From Mustelus asterias (Eukaryota), in the NCBI RefSeq assembly GCF_964213995.1, contig NC_135817.1:44330001-44394000 (forward strand): a DNA stretch of 64,000 bases, read 5' to 3'. Each line of letters begins with the position of its first letter. Position 1 is the stretch's first letter. Of this stretch, positions 50,730 through 62,909 are shown piece by piece. Made by a program: the position numbers and the translations under genes. The notes beneath the pieces are model-generated. The model was not told the origin of the DNA, ran no database searches, and worked only from the letters and a program-made list of their open reading frames with translations.

Positions 50730-51223
50730 TGAGATATTAAAGAGTTAATATCCACTGTAGAGTCTCAGATGAACTATTGGGTTTGCAAAAATAACAGAAA
50801 AACAGCTCATGAGAGCAAACTGACAAACAAGATAACCACAGGCTCCAACTTCCAGAGCACAGCCAGGGTGATTTTTTTTTATTTCAAAAGATGTTCTTTC
50901 TCATGCAGCTATACTTGTTTTTGCTTAAGACAGCTGGGGTGCTGTTTTTGCTGGGAACTGAAAGTTCTTTCTTGTGTGCTTGTCCTTGATTGTATCAGAT
51001 GACGTGTGCTTGCTGAAATCTGCCTGCTGAAATTGTAAATTGTACAAAAGCCTTTTTGCTCAGTGCGCTTTTGCTAACTGACTCCCAGCACTGAGTGGAA
51101 GTTACGTAGCAAAGCTTTGCCAGCTTGCATATGTAAGACAAATAAAGAACTTTTGAATCGGACAACAGTTGGTGTTTGCCTTTGTATCAGGAATGGAAGA
51201 GTCTCACGATAACGAACTTAACA
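50730..51223 (+). repeat. ERV-A 3' LTR
   Basis: Follows the PPT, TG...CA, aataaa near 51141; ends aacgaacttaaca as at 35695-35707. Confidence 0.9.
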
Positions 51224-52727
51224 CAGTCATAGCTAGGGTGTAGAGAAAGATCAATTTAATGTGAGATAGGTCCATTCAAAAGTCTGATAGCAGCAGGGAA
51301 GAAGTTGTTTTTGAGTTGGTTGGTACGTGATCTCAGACTTCTGTATCTTTTTCCCGAAGAAGGTGGAAGAGAGAATGTCAAGGGTGTGTGGGGTCTTTGA
51401 TTAGGCTGGCTGCTTTTCCGAGGCAGCGGGAAGTGTAGAGAGTGTTGATGGATGGGAGGCTGGTTTGAGTGATGGACTGGGCTTCATTCATGACCCTTTT
51501 TATACCCAGTGACAGTGAATGAGTGAGATGAGATTTTAAACATATATTTATGCCATCACTAAAACTGCCTATTTCCAGCTCGGTAACATTGCCTCAGCTT
51601 ATCAGCTGCTGAAACCCTCATTCCATGCTTTTCTTACCTCTGGATATGATTATTCCTACACACTCCTGGCCAGCCTTGCACATGCTACCCTCCCAATGTC
51701 CATGAGATCATCCAAAACTCTGCTGCCTGTCTCTGTACTCAGGTCAAATTCTGTTCACCCATCACTCCTATACTAGCTGACTCTACACTGGCTCCTGGTT
51801 TAATCAACACCGTGACATTAAAATTCTCATCCTTATTTTCAAACCCCTCTACAGCATCACTACCACGGAAAGAAATTGAGACCAAAATACTGCATGCTTT
51901 CAAGAAGCAGTTAGATATAGCATTTGGGGAGGAAGGAGATCAAAGGATATGGGAGGAAGGCAGGATCAGACTATTGAGTTGGATGATCAGCGTGATCATA
52001 ATGAATGGTGGTGCAAGCTAGAAGGGTCGAATGACCTCCTCCTGCTCCTATGTTCTATGTTTCTATAACCCTTCCCCATCTCTGTAATTTCCAGGCCCCA
52101 CAATTGCTCAAGAAACCTTTGCTCCTCTAGTTCTGACCTCCTGGGCATGTTTGTATTTGTGGCTGTGTCAGAGTTCTGGAATTCCCTCCCTAAACGTCCC
52201 CAACTCTCCATCCAAGAAAACGGGCTTCCCAAAGAGTGCGATGCCACCCGGGGGAGATTTGGGGACCCTGAGCTGTGAGGCAGCAATATCTACTCTGGAG
52301 CTGGGGCGGGGTACTAACAGTTTTAAACCTTGGAGCATTTTTCTTGGTGGGATTGGCAGAACTGACAGATCTTTTTTTGACTACTGCTGCAAAATAAAAC
52401 TTGTGAAAACATGTGCTTTTTAAAAAAAAGAAACCCTGGAGTTTTAACAATTCGCACCCCGTTGAATACCCTACCATTGTACAAATGCCAAACTTCCTGG
52501 AACCTATTGGTTGTGTGACTTGAACACATGACGGCGCTATTTACTCCACAATAAAGTTGTTGTCAGCATATAGTGAGGGCTGGCGCTCAGTGAGACTGGA
52601 CTCAACATATCCCTTTAAACAGTTTCAAGAAGCTGGTATCTGGAGCAAGGGCTTTTCAGTCTCGAACTCGCAACCGTTCAATTGCTGGATGAAAACCCTG
52701 TACTTGGGGGAGGGTGGCGATCTGCAA

Positions 52728-52773
52728 ATGAAACTCTTCATCCTCGGACTGCTGCTGGCCGCTGTTGTGGATG
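52728..52773 (+). CDS. CD200: CD200/OX-2-like gene (gene 2): signal peptide exon
   Basis: MKLFILGLLLAAVVD+g then donor g|gtgaga; phase 1 matches the exon at 63850. In-frame upstream ATG at 52689; GC box near 52303. Confidence 0.75.
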
Positions 52774-53374
52774 GTGAGAATCCTTCACTTATATTTTCCA
52801 CTAGTTCAGAAATAAAACACTCATCGAACTCTGAGCCCCAGTGATCGAATGTGACGAGGAAATCATTGAGGAAAGGGTCCGGGGGGTGGGGGGAATTGTA
52901 GGGAACATTGCTCCGGTCAGTAAAATCCGGCGACATGTCAAAATGCTTACAGAAAAAAATATTTTTGAAGACGCGATTAGGAATTTAAACTGAATTTCAA
53001 TTGTGAAAATTACTGTAATGATATGGTTGAACGGTTACATTAAAAAAAACAACTAGAATGAATGTATCGGAATGAAGAGCTGAGTTTATCTTTATAGTGA
53101 AATAAAGTGAAGCATTTTTTAACATGGAATGGTTTGAGCAGTACTTCCCACATATTCCACTCTCTATACCAGAGGTTGCACCTATCTACTATTTCTTCAC
53201 TTTCTCTTAGGTGCCTGCCGAGTTGGCAGAGTGGGTGCTTTTGGCATTGCTTTCAGAGGTATTAATTCCTTGGTGTTGTTGGGTCAAGTGCCATCTGTTC
53301 ACCCAGAAAGGATCAATTGATGAAGGGTCACCCCGACTTGAAACGTTGGCTCTATTCTCTCTCCACAGATGCTG

Positions 53375-53981
53375 ATTTGATTTGATTTATTATTGTCACA
53401 TGTTTTGGGATAGAGTGAAAAGTTTTGTTTCTTGTTTTCTTGCTATACGGACAAAGCAGACTATTCATAGGGTACATGGGGAGAAGGAAAGGAGAGGGTG
53501 CAGAATACAGGGTGGGATTTTACGGTCTTGCTTGATCTGAAACCGTAAAATCCCGCCCGATGTCAATGGATCTTTCCATGGTCCGCCCCTCGCCCGCTCC
53601 GATTCCCATGGCGGAACGCTAAAATTCTGGCCATAGCGTTGCAGTCATGGCTAGGGTGTAGAGAAAGATCAACTTAATATAAGGTAGGTCCATTCAAAAG
53701 TCTGATGGCAGCTGGGAAGAAGCTGCTCTTGAGTCGGTTGGTACCTATCCTCAGATTTTTGTATCTATTTCCCGATGGAAGAAGGTAGAAGAGAGTATGT
53801 CCGGAGTGCATGGGGTCCTTGATTAAGCTGGCTGCTTTTCCGAGGCAGCGGGAAGTGTAGACAGTGTCAATGGGCGGGAGGCTGGTTTGCGTGATGGACT
53901 GGATTACATTCACAGCCCTTTGAAGTTTCTTATGGTCTTGATCAGAGCAGGAACCATACAGAGCTGTGATACATCCAGAAA
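53375..53981 (-). mobile_element. Rex1/Babar-like LINE 3' end (with MITE) inserted in a Penelope-type pLTR fragment
   Basis: ORF 53674-53913 IKDPMHSGHTLFYLLPSGNRY..TNRLKSSFFPAAIRLLN; host repeat resumes gctgtcagacc at ~53982. Confidence 0.8.
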
Positions 53982-54469
53982 GCTGTCAGACCTGCTGAGA
54001 TTTTCCAGCATTTCCTGTTTTTGTTTCAGATTCCAGCATCCGTAGCATTTTGCTTTTATATTAAATAGTATTCGAGTTGGGATTTGCTGCTACTGCAGTG
54101 TGTATCAGATGTTATCCCCTGAGGGTCAGCCCTTAGTTTGATGCAGCCTTACAGCAGGAATAAGGTCAGTGCAGGGAGGCTAACCAGTCTAATAAGCACC
54201 CCTGATTTTAATTGCTGCATCAGTGGTGGCTAGTCCAGATTTGACTTTTGTCATGTCATCATCTGACCATGTAAGCAGAGGTGGTCAATTTAAACTGTTG
54301 GAGAAAATTGGCTGCCGATCGAAGCTGTCCAGTGTCATCTCGTCCCATGATAAACATGATGGGCAAGGTCAGCTATGACAGGGCAACATCAGGATCCTTT
54401 AAGATCTGCATGGGAGCAAAATGGGTTATGTTGTGTTCTGGCATCAACTCTTTCTGGCAAATTAGTCAG

Positions 54470-55155
54470 AGAGTCATAGAGGTTTACAGCATGGAAACAG
54501 GCCCTTCGGCCCAACTTGTTCAGGGCGCCCTTTTTTTAAACCACAAAGCTATCCCAATTGCCCATGTTTGGCCCATATCCCTCTATACTCATCCTACCCA
54601 TGTAACTGTCTAAATGCTTTTTAAAAGACAAAATTGTACCCCCCTCTACTACTACCTCTGACAGCTTGTTCCAGACACTCATCACCCTCTGCGTGAAACA
54701 ATTGCCCCTCTGGACCCTTTTGTATCTCTCCCCTCTCACCTTAAACCTATGCCACCTAGTTTTAGACTTTAGACTCTCCTACCTTTGGGAAAAGATATTC
54801 ACTATCTAGCCCTTCATTATTTTATGGACTTCTATAAGATCATCCCTAAGCCTCCTACGTTCAAGGGAAAAAAGACCCAATCTATCCAGCCGCTCCTTAT
54901 AACTCAAACCATCAAGTCTTGGTAGCATCCTAGTATATATTTTCTGCACTTTTTCTAGTTTAATAATATCCTTTCTATAATAGGGTGACCAGAACTGTAC
55001 GCAGTACTTCAAATGTGGCCTTACTAATGTCTTGTATAGCTTCAACAAGACGTTCCAACTCCTGTATTCAATGTTCTGACCAATGAAATCAAGCATGCCG
55101 AATGCCTCCCTCACCACTTTGTCCACCTGTGACTCCACTTTCAAGGAGCTGTGAA
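54470..55155 (-). mobile_element. CR1 LINE 3' fragment
   Basis: LYKTLVRPHLKYCVQFWSP, LERRRLRDDLIEVHKI. Confidence 0.9.
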
Positions 55156-55369
55156 TATTCTTCTCTTAGCCTCTGTCATTTTCTGTCAGGTCATATACAG
55201 AGGGTGCCTTTTTAAAGTTTATTTATTAATGTCACAATAAGCTTATATTAACACTGCAATAAAGTTATTGTGAAAATCCCCTAGTTGCCACACTCCGGCG
55301 TCTGTTCGGGTACACTGAGGGAGAATTTAGCATGGCCAATGCACTTAACAGCATGTCATTCGGACTGCT

Positions 55370-55750
55370 TACATTCCAGAACTGACAGAAACATGTTCAG
55401 TCTTGCTCAGCTGAGATCAAAGACAAAATTGCACCAGATCCTTGTCAGAGATTTGCTCTACGCTGATGATGCCGCACTAACATTCCATACTGAGGAACAT
55501 ATTCAATGACAAATGGACAGACTCTCTCTCTCTCACCGGTAGAGAGTTTGATTTAAGCCTCAGAAGAAGACAAATTTTATGGTCCAGAATGTTGCCATAC
55601 CACCATCTATCAGCATGGACAATGCATTGCTGAAGGTTGTTGATAGCTTCACATATCTAGGCTCTATAATCACCAGTAATCTGTCACTTGATGCTGAAAT
55701 CAATACATATGTTGCAAGAACTGCAGCTATTATTTTCAAGCTTAGTAAGG
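55370..55750 (+). mobile_element. RTE-clade LINE RT fragment
   Basis: DLLYADDAAL, VVDSFTYLGSIITSNLSLDAEIN. Confidence 0.75.
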
Positions 55751-55752
55751 GA

Positions 55753-58700
55753 ATGTGCTGTATTAGACAGTGGCTGCACATCTACCGTGTGTGGAATTGA
55801 CTAGTTAAAATGTTACCTGGACTCTTTAAATGCTGAAAATTGGAACAAAGTTAAAGAATTTGAAAGTTCCACAAGTTTCAGGTTTGGGGATGATGATACC
55901 CTGAAGTCACTGAAGAGAGTGATGATCCCTTGTAATATTGCCGGAGTGAATCATTTCATTAGCACAGATGTTGTGTCAAGTGAGATACCTTTGCTTCTGA
56001 GTAGCCCATTGATGAAGAAAGCACACATGAAACTGGATATGGAAAATAATAAGGCAACGGTTTTTGGAAAAACGGTGGACTTACAATTTACACAGTAACA
56101 CAGGAGACACTATTGCATTCCATTAATGAAAAATAATTTTTCGGGTAAAGAGATTAAGGAAGTGTAATCAGCCGGAAATGGGACTTTAGCTGATAAAAAT
56201 CTAATTGTATTGTAACTGCATCGCAATTTGCACATCCATCTCCTCAGAGGCTGAAAAATGTATTAAAGGATGAAGGGGTAAGGGATAAAGACTATATTAA
56301 GCTGATAGAATAGGTCATTGATCACTGTGAGGCTTGTAGGAAGTACAGAAGGCACCATCACGATCAATAGTAACTCTACCTTTGGCCAGAGGTTTTATCG
56401 ACATTGTGGCCATGGACTTTAAGATCTGGGATAAAGCAAATATATTTATTTTGTACTTCGTAGATTTAACGACCAGATTTAGTCAATCAACCATTGTACG
56501 TAGTAAAGAGAGTAATTCTGGATCAGATCATGGAAAAATGGATAGGGACAGGAATGGGGCCATTGGCAAAGTTCCTTACAGACAATGGGGGGATGGGGTG
56601 GGTGGGGGGGGGGGAATTTGCTAATGATGAGTTTAAGGATATGTGTGAAAACATGAATATCATAGTCGTGAATACTGCTGCAGAAAGCCCATTCAGTAAT
56701 GGGATGTGTGAGAGAACACAGTAAGAAGTCTCACAACACCAGGTTAAAGTCCAACAGGTTTATTTGGTAGCAAAAGCCACTAGCTTTTGGAGCGCTGCCC
56801 CTTCATCAGGTGAGTGGGAGTTCTATTCACAAACAGGGCATATAAAGACACAAACTCAATTTACAAAATAATGGTTGGAATGCGAGTCTTTACAGATAAT
56901 CAAGTCTTAAAGGTACAGACAATATGAGTGGAGAGAGCTCACATTGTCTGTACCTTTAAGACTTGATTACGGAAGGAGGGCACAGAAACGTAGCGCCAGT
57001 TCAGATAGTAAGTCCAATAGTCATCATGATCACAAGAAGAGATTGAGAACTATTGAAAAACATCCCACAACAGGAGGGGAAAATCAAGCAGTGGTTGTAC
57101 AGAACAAGATATCAGGCAGGATAGGGGGAGTAGCTTGGCAAGGTCTCGGAATAGGGGTAAGACTCGTGAGATTTTGGTGGTTTCCAATAAATTCGATGAA
57201 AAAGTTATAAAAGATGCCAAACAACTAGAACTGCAAAGTTGGAGTGAATTTGGGATATACACGGAGGTACCAGATAGGGCACAAAGAGTTTTATCTCACA
57301 GATGGATTTAAACAGAAAGGGTGCTTCCTGATGGAATTTATAAGACAAAGGCCAGGCTTGTGGTGAGGGGATTCGAAGAAAACTTGGAAGACCAGGATTT
57401 AAGGGTGGATTCACCTATGGCAGGAAAGATTATTTTAAAGATCTTCTTGGCTCTGTTAGCTGCAAATCTATAGTTATAAAAGCTGCTTTTTTGCAGGGGC
57501 ATCAGCTTCAGAGAGATATTTTTCTCCGTCCTCCCAAAGAGGCAGCTAAGACAGCAGGGCAACTATGGAAGCTAAATAAATGTGTATATGGGCTAAATGA
57601 TGCGTCTAGAGTTTGGTATTTTTTTGGTAAAGTTAGTTTTGTTAAAGTTAGGCTGTTGCCAATTGGAAGCAGATCCTGCAATGTTTTGCTGGCACCATGA
57701 ACAAAATCTTTCTGGTATCTTTATGATGCATGTTGGTGATTTTTTGTGGGGAGGTAGTAGTGATTTTGAAGTTATTGTAATCTCTGGGCTGAGGAAGGAA
57801 TTCAGGGTTGGAAGTCAGGCTTCAGGCGCTTTCAAATACATCGGACAGACTGAGTCAGGTGTCACTTTACGTCAGCAATCTTATTTGGAAGGTATCAGCC
57901 CAATAGCAATTAGTCTTGGGAGGGGTTCACAAAAGGGCGCGGTAGTTTCGAAGATGGAAAAAGATGAACTCCGAAGTTTGATTGGGCAACTGAATTGGCT
58001 AGGTAGACAGACTAGACTGGATGTTAGTTTTGATGTCCCAGAGTTGAGTACAAAAATGAATGATCTGACAGTGGAAGAACAAATAAAACATTGGCTAAAC
58101 TAATAATGCAGGATTGTGTTTTGAGGTTCCTGTTTCTGGGTGATCTTAGGCATCTGAAACTCATAGTTTATAGTGACACATCCTATGCTAATTTATGTGA
58201 TGGGTTCTCAAGCGTGAGAGGCTTTATTATATTTCTTTGAGGGGAAAATGGAAAATGTTGCCCCCTTGTGTGGAAAACAAAGAAAATAAGGAGAGTGGTA
58301 TAAAGCACATTGACTGCTGAGACACGAAGCCTTGTAGAGACAGTGGATATGGCCTTTTATATATCCCAGATATTAGCAGAAATTTTGGGGTTAGAGGATT
58401 CGGGTAAAATACCCATTGAGTGTCACATTGACAATAAATCCCTGTGGGAAAGTGTGCACTCCGCAAAGTGTAAATGAGAAAAGATTGAGGATTGACAAAG
58501 CCAGCTTAAAGTAGATGCTGGACAAAGGAGAAATATCAAAAATTAAATGGGTAGATAGTAGCTATCAGTTATCCAATTGTTTTACTAAGAGAGGGGCTAG
58601 TTTGAAGAAACTTTTGGAGATTATTAAAGAAGGACATTTTTTCTGTGTTTTTTTTCTCACGAGATGTATTTAAATAAAGGAAGGAGAAATAGAATGTGTT

Positions 58701-58979
58701 TTGTGTTTTGTGTTTTTCTGTGGAAAACCAATATTCATCAAAATAATTTTTCTCCAAGGAAGGGGAGATTGTTAGGAATGAGTTAACAGACCTTCCGATT
58801 AAGTCTTAATTTGATGTCAATTATTCAATAGAAGTCACTGATATATAAAGGCGTCACAGGTGGCATTATTTTGTTGGTGGAGAATTGTGTGAGAAGTTGG
58901 GTTAAAGAAATAAAGGTATTTTATGAAGAAGCAGAACTCATGTCTCCTTCGCACTACAGCAACCGAGAAGCTCAAAACA
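55753..58979 (+). mobile_element. Decayed Ty1/copia retrotransposon (GalEa-like), 5'-truncated, 3' LTR ~58770-58979
   Basis: Order PR (AVLDSGC)-IN (VAMDFK, DNGG.EF, SNGMCER)-RT (KARLVVRGFEE, VYGLNDASR, HVGD)-RH (VYSDTSYAN, CFTKRG); PPT aaggaaggggagat. Confidence 0.88.
56720..56970 (-). mobile_element. Penelope pLTR fragment with terminal hairpin, inserted in the copia integrase
   Basis: pLTR sequence; hammerhead remnant at 56777-56813 (GAAA to AAAA); fold-back 56897-56969. Confidence 0.85.
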
Positions 58980-58989
58980 CAGACTCCCA

Positions 58990-61190
58990 TCTCACAATTT
59001 ACAGCCATTCAGCTGGTAATCTGCCTTCTTGTTTTTGCTTCCAAAGTGAATAACCTCACATTTATCCAAATTATACTGCATCTGCCATTGATTTGCCCAC
59101 TCACCCAACCTGTCCAGATCATGCTGAAGGATCTCTGTATCCTCATCACAGTTCACCCTCCCACCCAACTTGGTATCATCTGCAAAATTTGAGATGTTAT
59201 GTTTTGTTCCCTCATCCAAATCATTAATATATATTGTGAATAGCTGGGGTCCTAGCACCGATCCTTGTGGCACTCCACTAGTTACTGCCTGCCAATTTGA
59301 AAAGGACCCATTAATTCCTACTCTTTGTTTCCTCTCTGCCGACTAGTTTTCTATCCATCTCAATACACTTCCCCCAATCCCATATGCTTAAATCTTGCAC
59401 TATAATCTCTTATGCGGGACTTTGTCAAATGCTTTCTGAAAGTCCAAATATACCACATTGACTGGCTCCCCCTGTCAACTTTGCTAGTTATATCTTCAAA
59501 GTACTCCAACAGATTTGTCAAGCATGATTTCCCCTTCATAAATCCATGTTGACTCTGTCTGATCCTGCCACTGCTTTCTTAATGCTTTGCTATAAAGTCC
59601 TTGATAATGGATTTGAGAATTTTCCCCACCACCGATGTTAGGCTTCCTGGTCTATAATTCCCTGTTTTCTCTCTATCTCCCTTTTTGAATATTAGCGTGA
59701 CATTAGTTACCCTCCAATCTGCAGAGACTGTTCCAGAGTCTGTGGAATCCTGGAAGATGACCACCAATGCATCCATTATTTCTAGAGACATTTCCTTAAG
59801 TACTCTTGAATATAGATTATCAGGCCCTGGGGATTTATCCACCTTCAATCCCATCAATTTTCCCAGCACCATTCCTCTACTATTATTGATTTCCCTCAGT
59901 TCTTCCCTCTCGCTAAATCTTGCATTCTCCAACATTACTGTTATCTGATTTGTGTCCTCTTTTGTAAAGACGAACCAAAGTGTGTATTCAGTTGCTCAGC
60001 CATTTATTTGTCCCCTATTATACATTCCCCCATTTCTGTTTGTAGGGGACCTATATTTGTCTTCACCAATCTCTTTCTCTTCTCGTATATATAGAATCTC
60101 TTAGTGTCATCTTTATGTTTCCTACAAGCTTACTTTAGTACTGTATTTTCCCCTTATTGATCAATCCCTTGGTCCTTCTTTGCCGAATTCTAAACTGCTC
60201 CCATTCCTCAGACCTATTATTTTTCTTGGCCAATCTGTATGCTTCTTCTTTGGATTGGATACTCTCTCTAATTTCCTTTGCAAGCCATGGATTGGCCCTC
60301 TTACCCATTTGTTTTTGTGTCAGACAGAAATAAACAGTTGCTGCGGTTCCCCCATGCGTTCCTTGAATGTTTGCCATTGCCTATCTACAGTCATCCTTTT
60401 AATTAACGCTCCCCAATCTATCAAGGCCAACTCATGCCTTATATCTTCATAGTTTCCTTTATTAAGATTCAGCACCCTAGTCTCTGAATCAACTATTTCA
60501 CTCTCCATCTTGATAAATAATTTTATCATGTTATGGTCGCTCATCCCCAAGGGAGCTCATACAGCTAGATTGGCAATGATTCCCATCTCATTACACAGTA
60601 CCCAATCTAAGATGGCCCGCTCTCTAGTTGGCTCCTCCACATATTGGTCAAGGAAACCATCCCGTATACACTCCAGGAATTCCTCCTCTACGGCTAATTT
60701 GATTTGCCCAATCTTTGTGCAGATTAAAATCAGCCTAGATCACCAACATTCCCTGATCACATGCATCTCTAATCTTATGTTTAATGCCATTCCCAACATC
60801 ACCACTGCAGTTTGGGGGTCTATATATGACACCCACTAATGTTTTTAACCCCTTGGTATTTCTCAACTCTACCCATACAGACTCCACGTTGTCAGAACCA
60901 ATACCCTTTCTCACTATTGTGTTAATTTCCTCTTTAACCAGCAGTGCCACTCCACCACCTTTTCCTTTATGCCTGTCCTTCCTAAATACGGAATACCCTG
61001 GGACATTCAATTCCCACCCTTGGTCACCCTGCAGCCATGTCTCCGTAATCCCAATTATACCACACCAGTTTACATCTATCTGCGCGATTCGTTCATCCGC
61101 TTTATTGCAAATGCTCTGTGTATTAAGGCACAGAGCCTTTAAGCTTGTCTTTTTAACATTGTTTACCTCGCTCCCAATATTTTTCTCTAT
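58990..61190 (-). mobile_element. CR1 LINE ORF2 fragment (endonuclease and RT)
   Basis: FRKDRHKGKGGGVAL, SDHNMI, KSPGPD, NYRP, PQGSVLGP, FADDTK. Confidence 0.92.
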
Positions 61191-61293
61191 AGCCCATCAT
61201 ATGGGCTTTATTGGTCATTAGTTATAATATTGTCAACGTTAACATACCTATTGTTGAATGATATTCATTCAACCCATAAAAGGATAAAATAGG

Positions 61294-61465
61294 AACAGAA
61301 AATGCTGTAAAAACTCAGCAGGTCTGACAGCATCTGTGGAGAGAGAATAGAGCTAATGTGTTGGCTCTATTCTCTCTCCACAGATGCTGTCAGACTTGCT
61401 CAGTTTTTCCAGCAGTTTCTGTTTTTGTTTCAGGTTCCAGTATCCACAGTATATTGCCTTTATCT
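61294..61465. repeat. Fold-back hairpin of a second Penelope-type terminal repeat family
   Basis: ctgacagcatctgtggagagagaatagagc..gctctattctctctccacagatgctgtcag; related sequence at 8270-8390 and 53317-54060. Confidence 0.7.
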
Positions 61466-62909
61466 TAAAGGATAAAGTAGTATTTGTTGTCAATTAATGT
61501 TTTAGGTGCATTTTCTTTCATGCTAATTTTATCCAATCTTTGTTTAATTAAATCCCATCCTTGATGTTCACACAAATAATAAAGAGAATAAACTTGTGTA
61601 TTTGGTACTGTTACTTGACCATCACTGATTCGGTTTCAACATGACTGATGTGCATCAGTTTGTATGTTAATTTTACTTTGATATAATGGTCCTTTTATAA
61701 ATCCATAATATCTTTTATTTCCAAAATTAGCTGTGTCTCCCTCATACCACTCTCTCTCCCAATAACTTGATGAATTGGATCCTTTTAATTTGTTGAATAT
61801 CTGTTTTACCACAAGATATGCCATAGAAAGTTGTGTTTATGACGATTGTCAGAAAAGGAGTTACACAGACTTGATATGCTTCTGGCAGATTTGCCTGGAA
61901 AAGCTTATACTCAGTTGTGAGGAATATAGCCAATGTGAAGAGGTGCATAACTGTAGAGGTTGACTGAGACAAGGCCAGTTACCGCTGCTCCAGGGGAACC
62001 TCATTGAACCACTCTCCAGATTCCCCCATTCCAACCAGCCAGGGATTGACCCGGAGTCTCCAGGAATTAAACATTAATCTCCACAATGTTGCTGAGAGCA
62101 ACCCAGGAAAAAAAGATCACAAGAATGTTGAAAGGAAAATATTTTCCCCAAGCAAGTTCACTTATTAGTTCTAAAAGTATTGATGGAATAAATGGTTGTT
62201 TGACTGAGCATGGCCTTGGAGGCAGAGATCATGTGGTGAAACTGATACATCGAACAGTTGACAACCCTATTCTGCCCTTGTTTCTTATCTTCCTAGCTTC
62301 AGGACATTCCTGCTGCAGTAACTGTCTGGCTACCTCTCCTTCTAGAGTGTTGCTGGAATTTCTCGGTCAGGCCATGGGAGGCTCTCTCTTATTGGGGCGA
62401 ATCCTGCCAGAAGTATGCTGTGCAAAATGGGTTGAACCCAAGACTGGGAAACTGGGCTATGTTTCGGTTAGTGCCGGAGGGTCAACAAAGTTCTGCTCAG
62501 CTAGAACAAAGGTGCTGGATACATAATCCCAGTACCAGTGTCCCAACACTGGTAGACAAACACTTGACCTCGAATCTACCTCAGGCTGCTTGAATTTGGG
62601 AATTGCCCAGATGAGGTGCCAATCAAGGCTGCTACCATGAATTGAAAATCTTCCACATAGTTCCTACACAGCCTGTTCAGATAACTTAGGCTGTGCTCAT
62701 CCCAATTCAACAATTCCCAAAGTATTAATAACGAATGACAATGAAGCATCTAAACAACTGCTCCGAATTTTCACAAGCTGAAGTGATGTGCACGAAACAG
62801 AAATTCTCCAGCTAATTCATTTGAATTTACTCATGTTCCATGAAGCAGAGTTGTTTAGATTTAATTCCTTGTGAGTGGAATTTAATGTAAGAATGTTGTC
62901 ATGAATATT

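Larger units (their letters stand above)
35694..51223 (+). mobile_element. ERV-A: defective class I (epsilon-like) endogenous retrovirus
   Basis: 4-bp TSD cagt; only the last ~13 bp of the 5' LTR; PBS; gag; RNase H-IN; env; PPT aaaaggagggaa; 3' LTR 50730-51223. Confidence 0.9.
35552..51500 (-). mobile_element. Rex1/Babar-like LINE 3' end split by ERV-A
   Basis: 35552-35693 and 51224-51500 are collinear with the copy at 53375-53981; junction gttacagt|...|cagtcatagctaggg. Confidence 0.8.
26560..52200 (+). mobile_element. Ancient L2-clade LINE, collinear fragments split by nested insertions
   Basis: Pieces in ORF2 order: ~26560-27050 (TISDHFL, late EN), 28140-28310, 33235-33490, 34740-34920 (NYHPISNL), 35190-35340 (WMSRNFLKLN-like), 51520-51850 (AAETLIHAF.., IIQNSAA, LHWL). 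Confidence 0.6.

Noticed and set aside
52625-52936. 103-aa minus-strand ORF
   Set aside because: Antisense shadow of the CD200-like first exon and GC-rich promoter region; no domain features.
62086-62526. 146-aa ORF in the CD200-like intron
   Set aside because: No recognisable domain and no phase-compatible splice sites.
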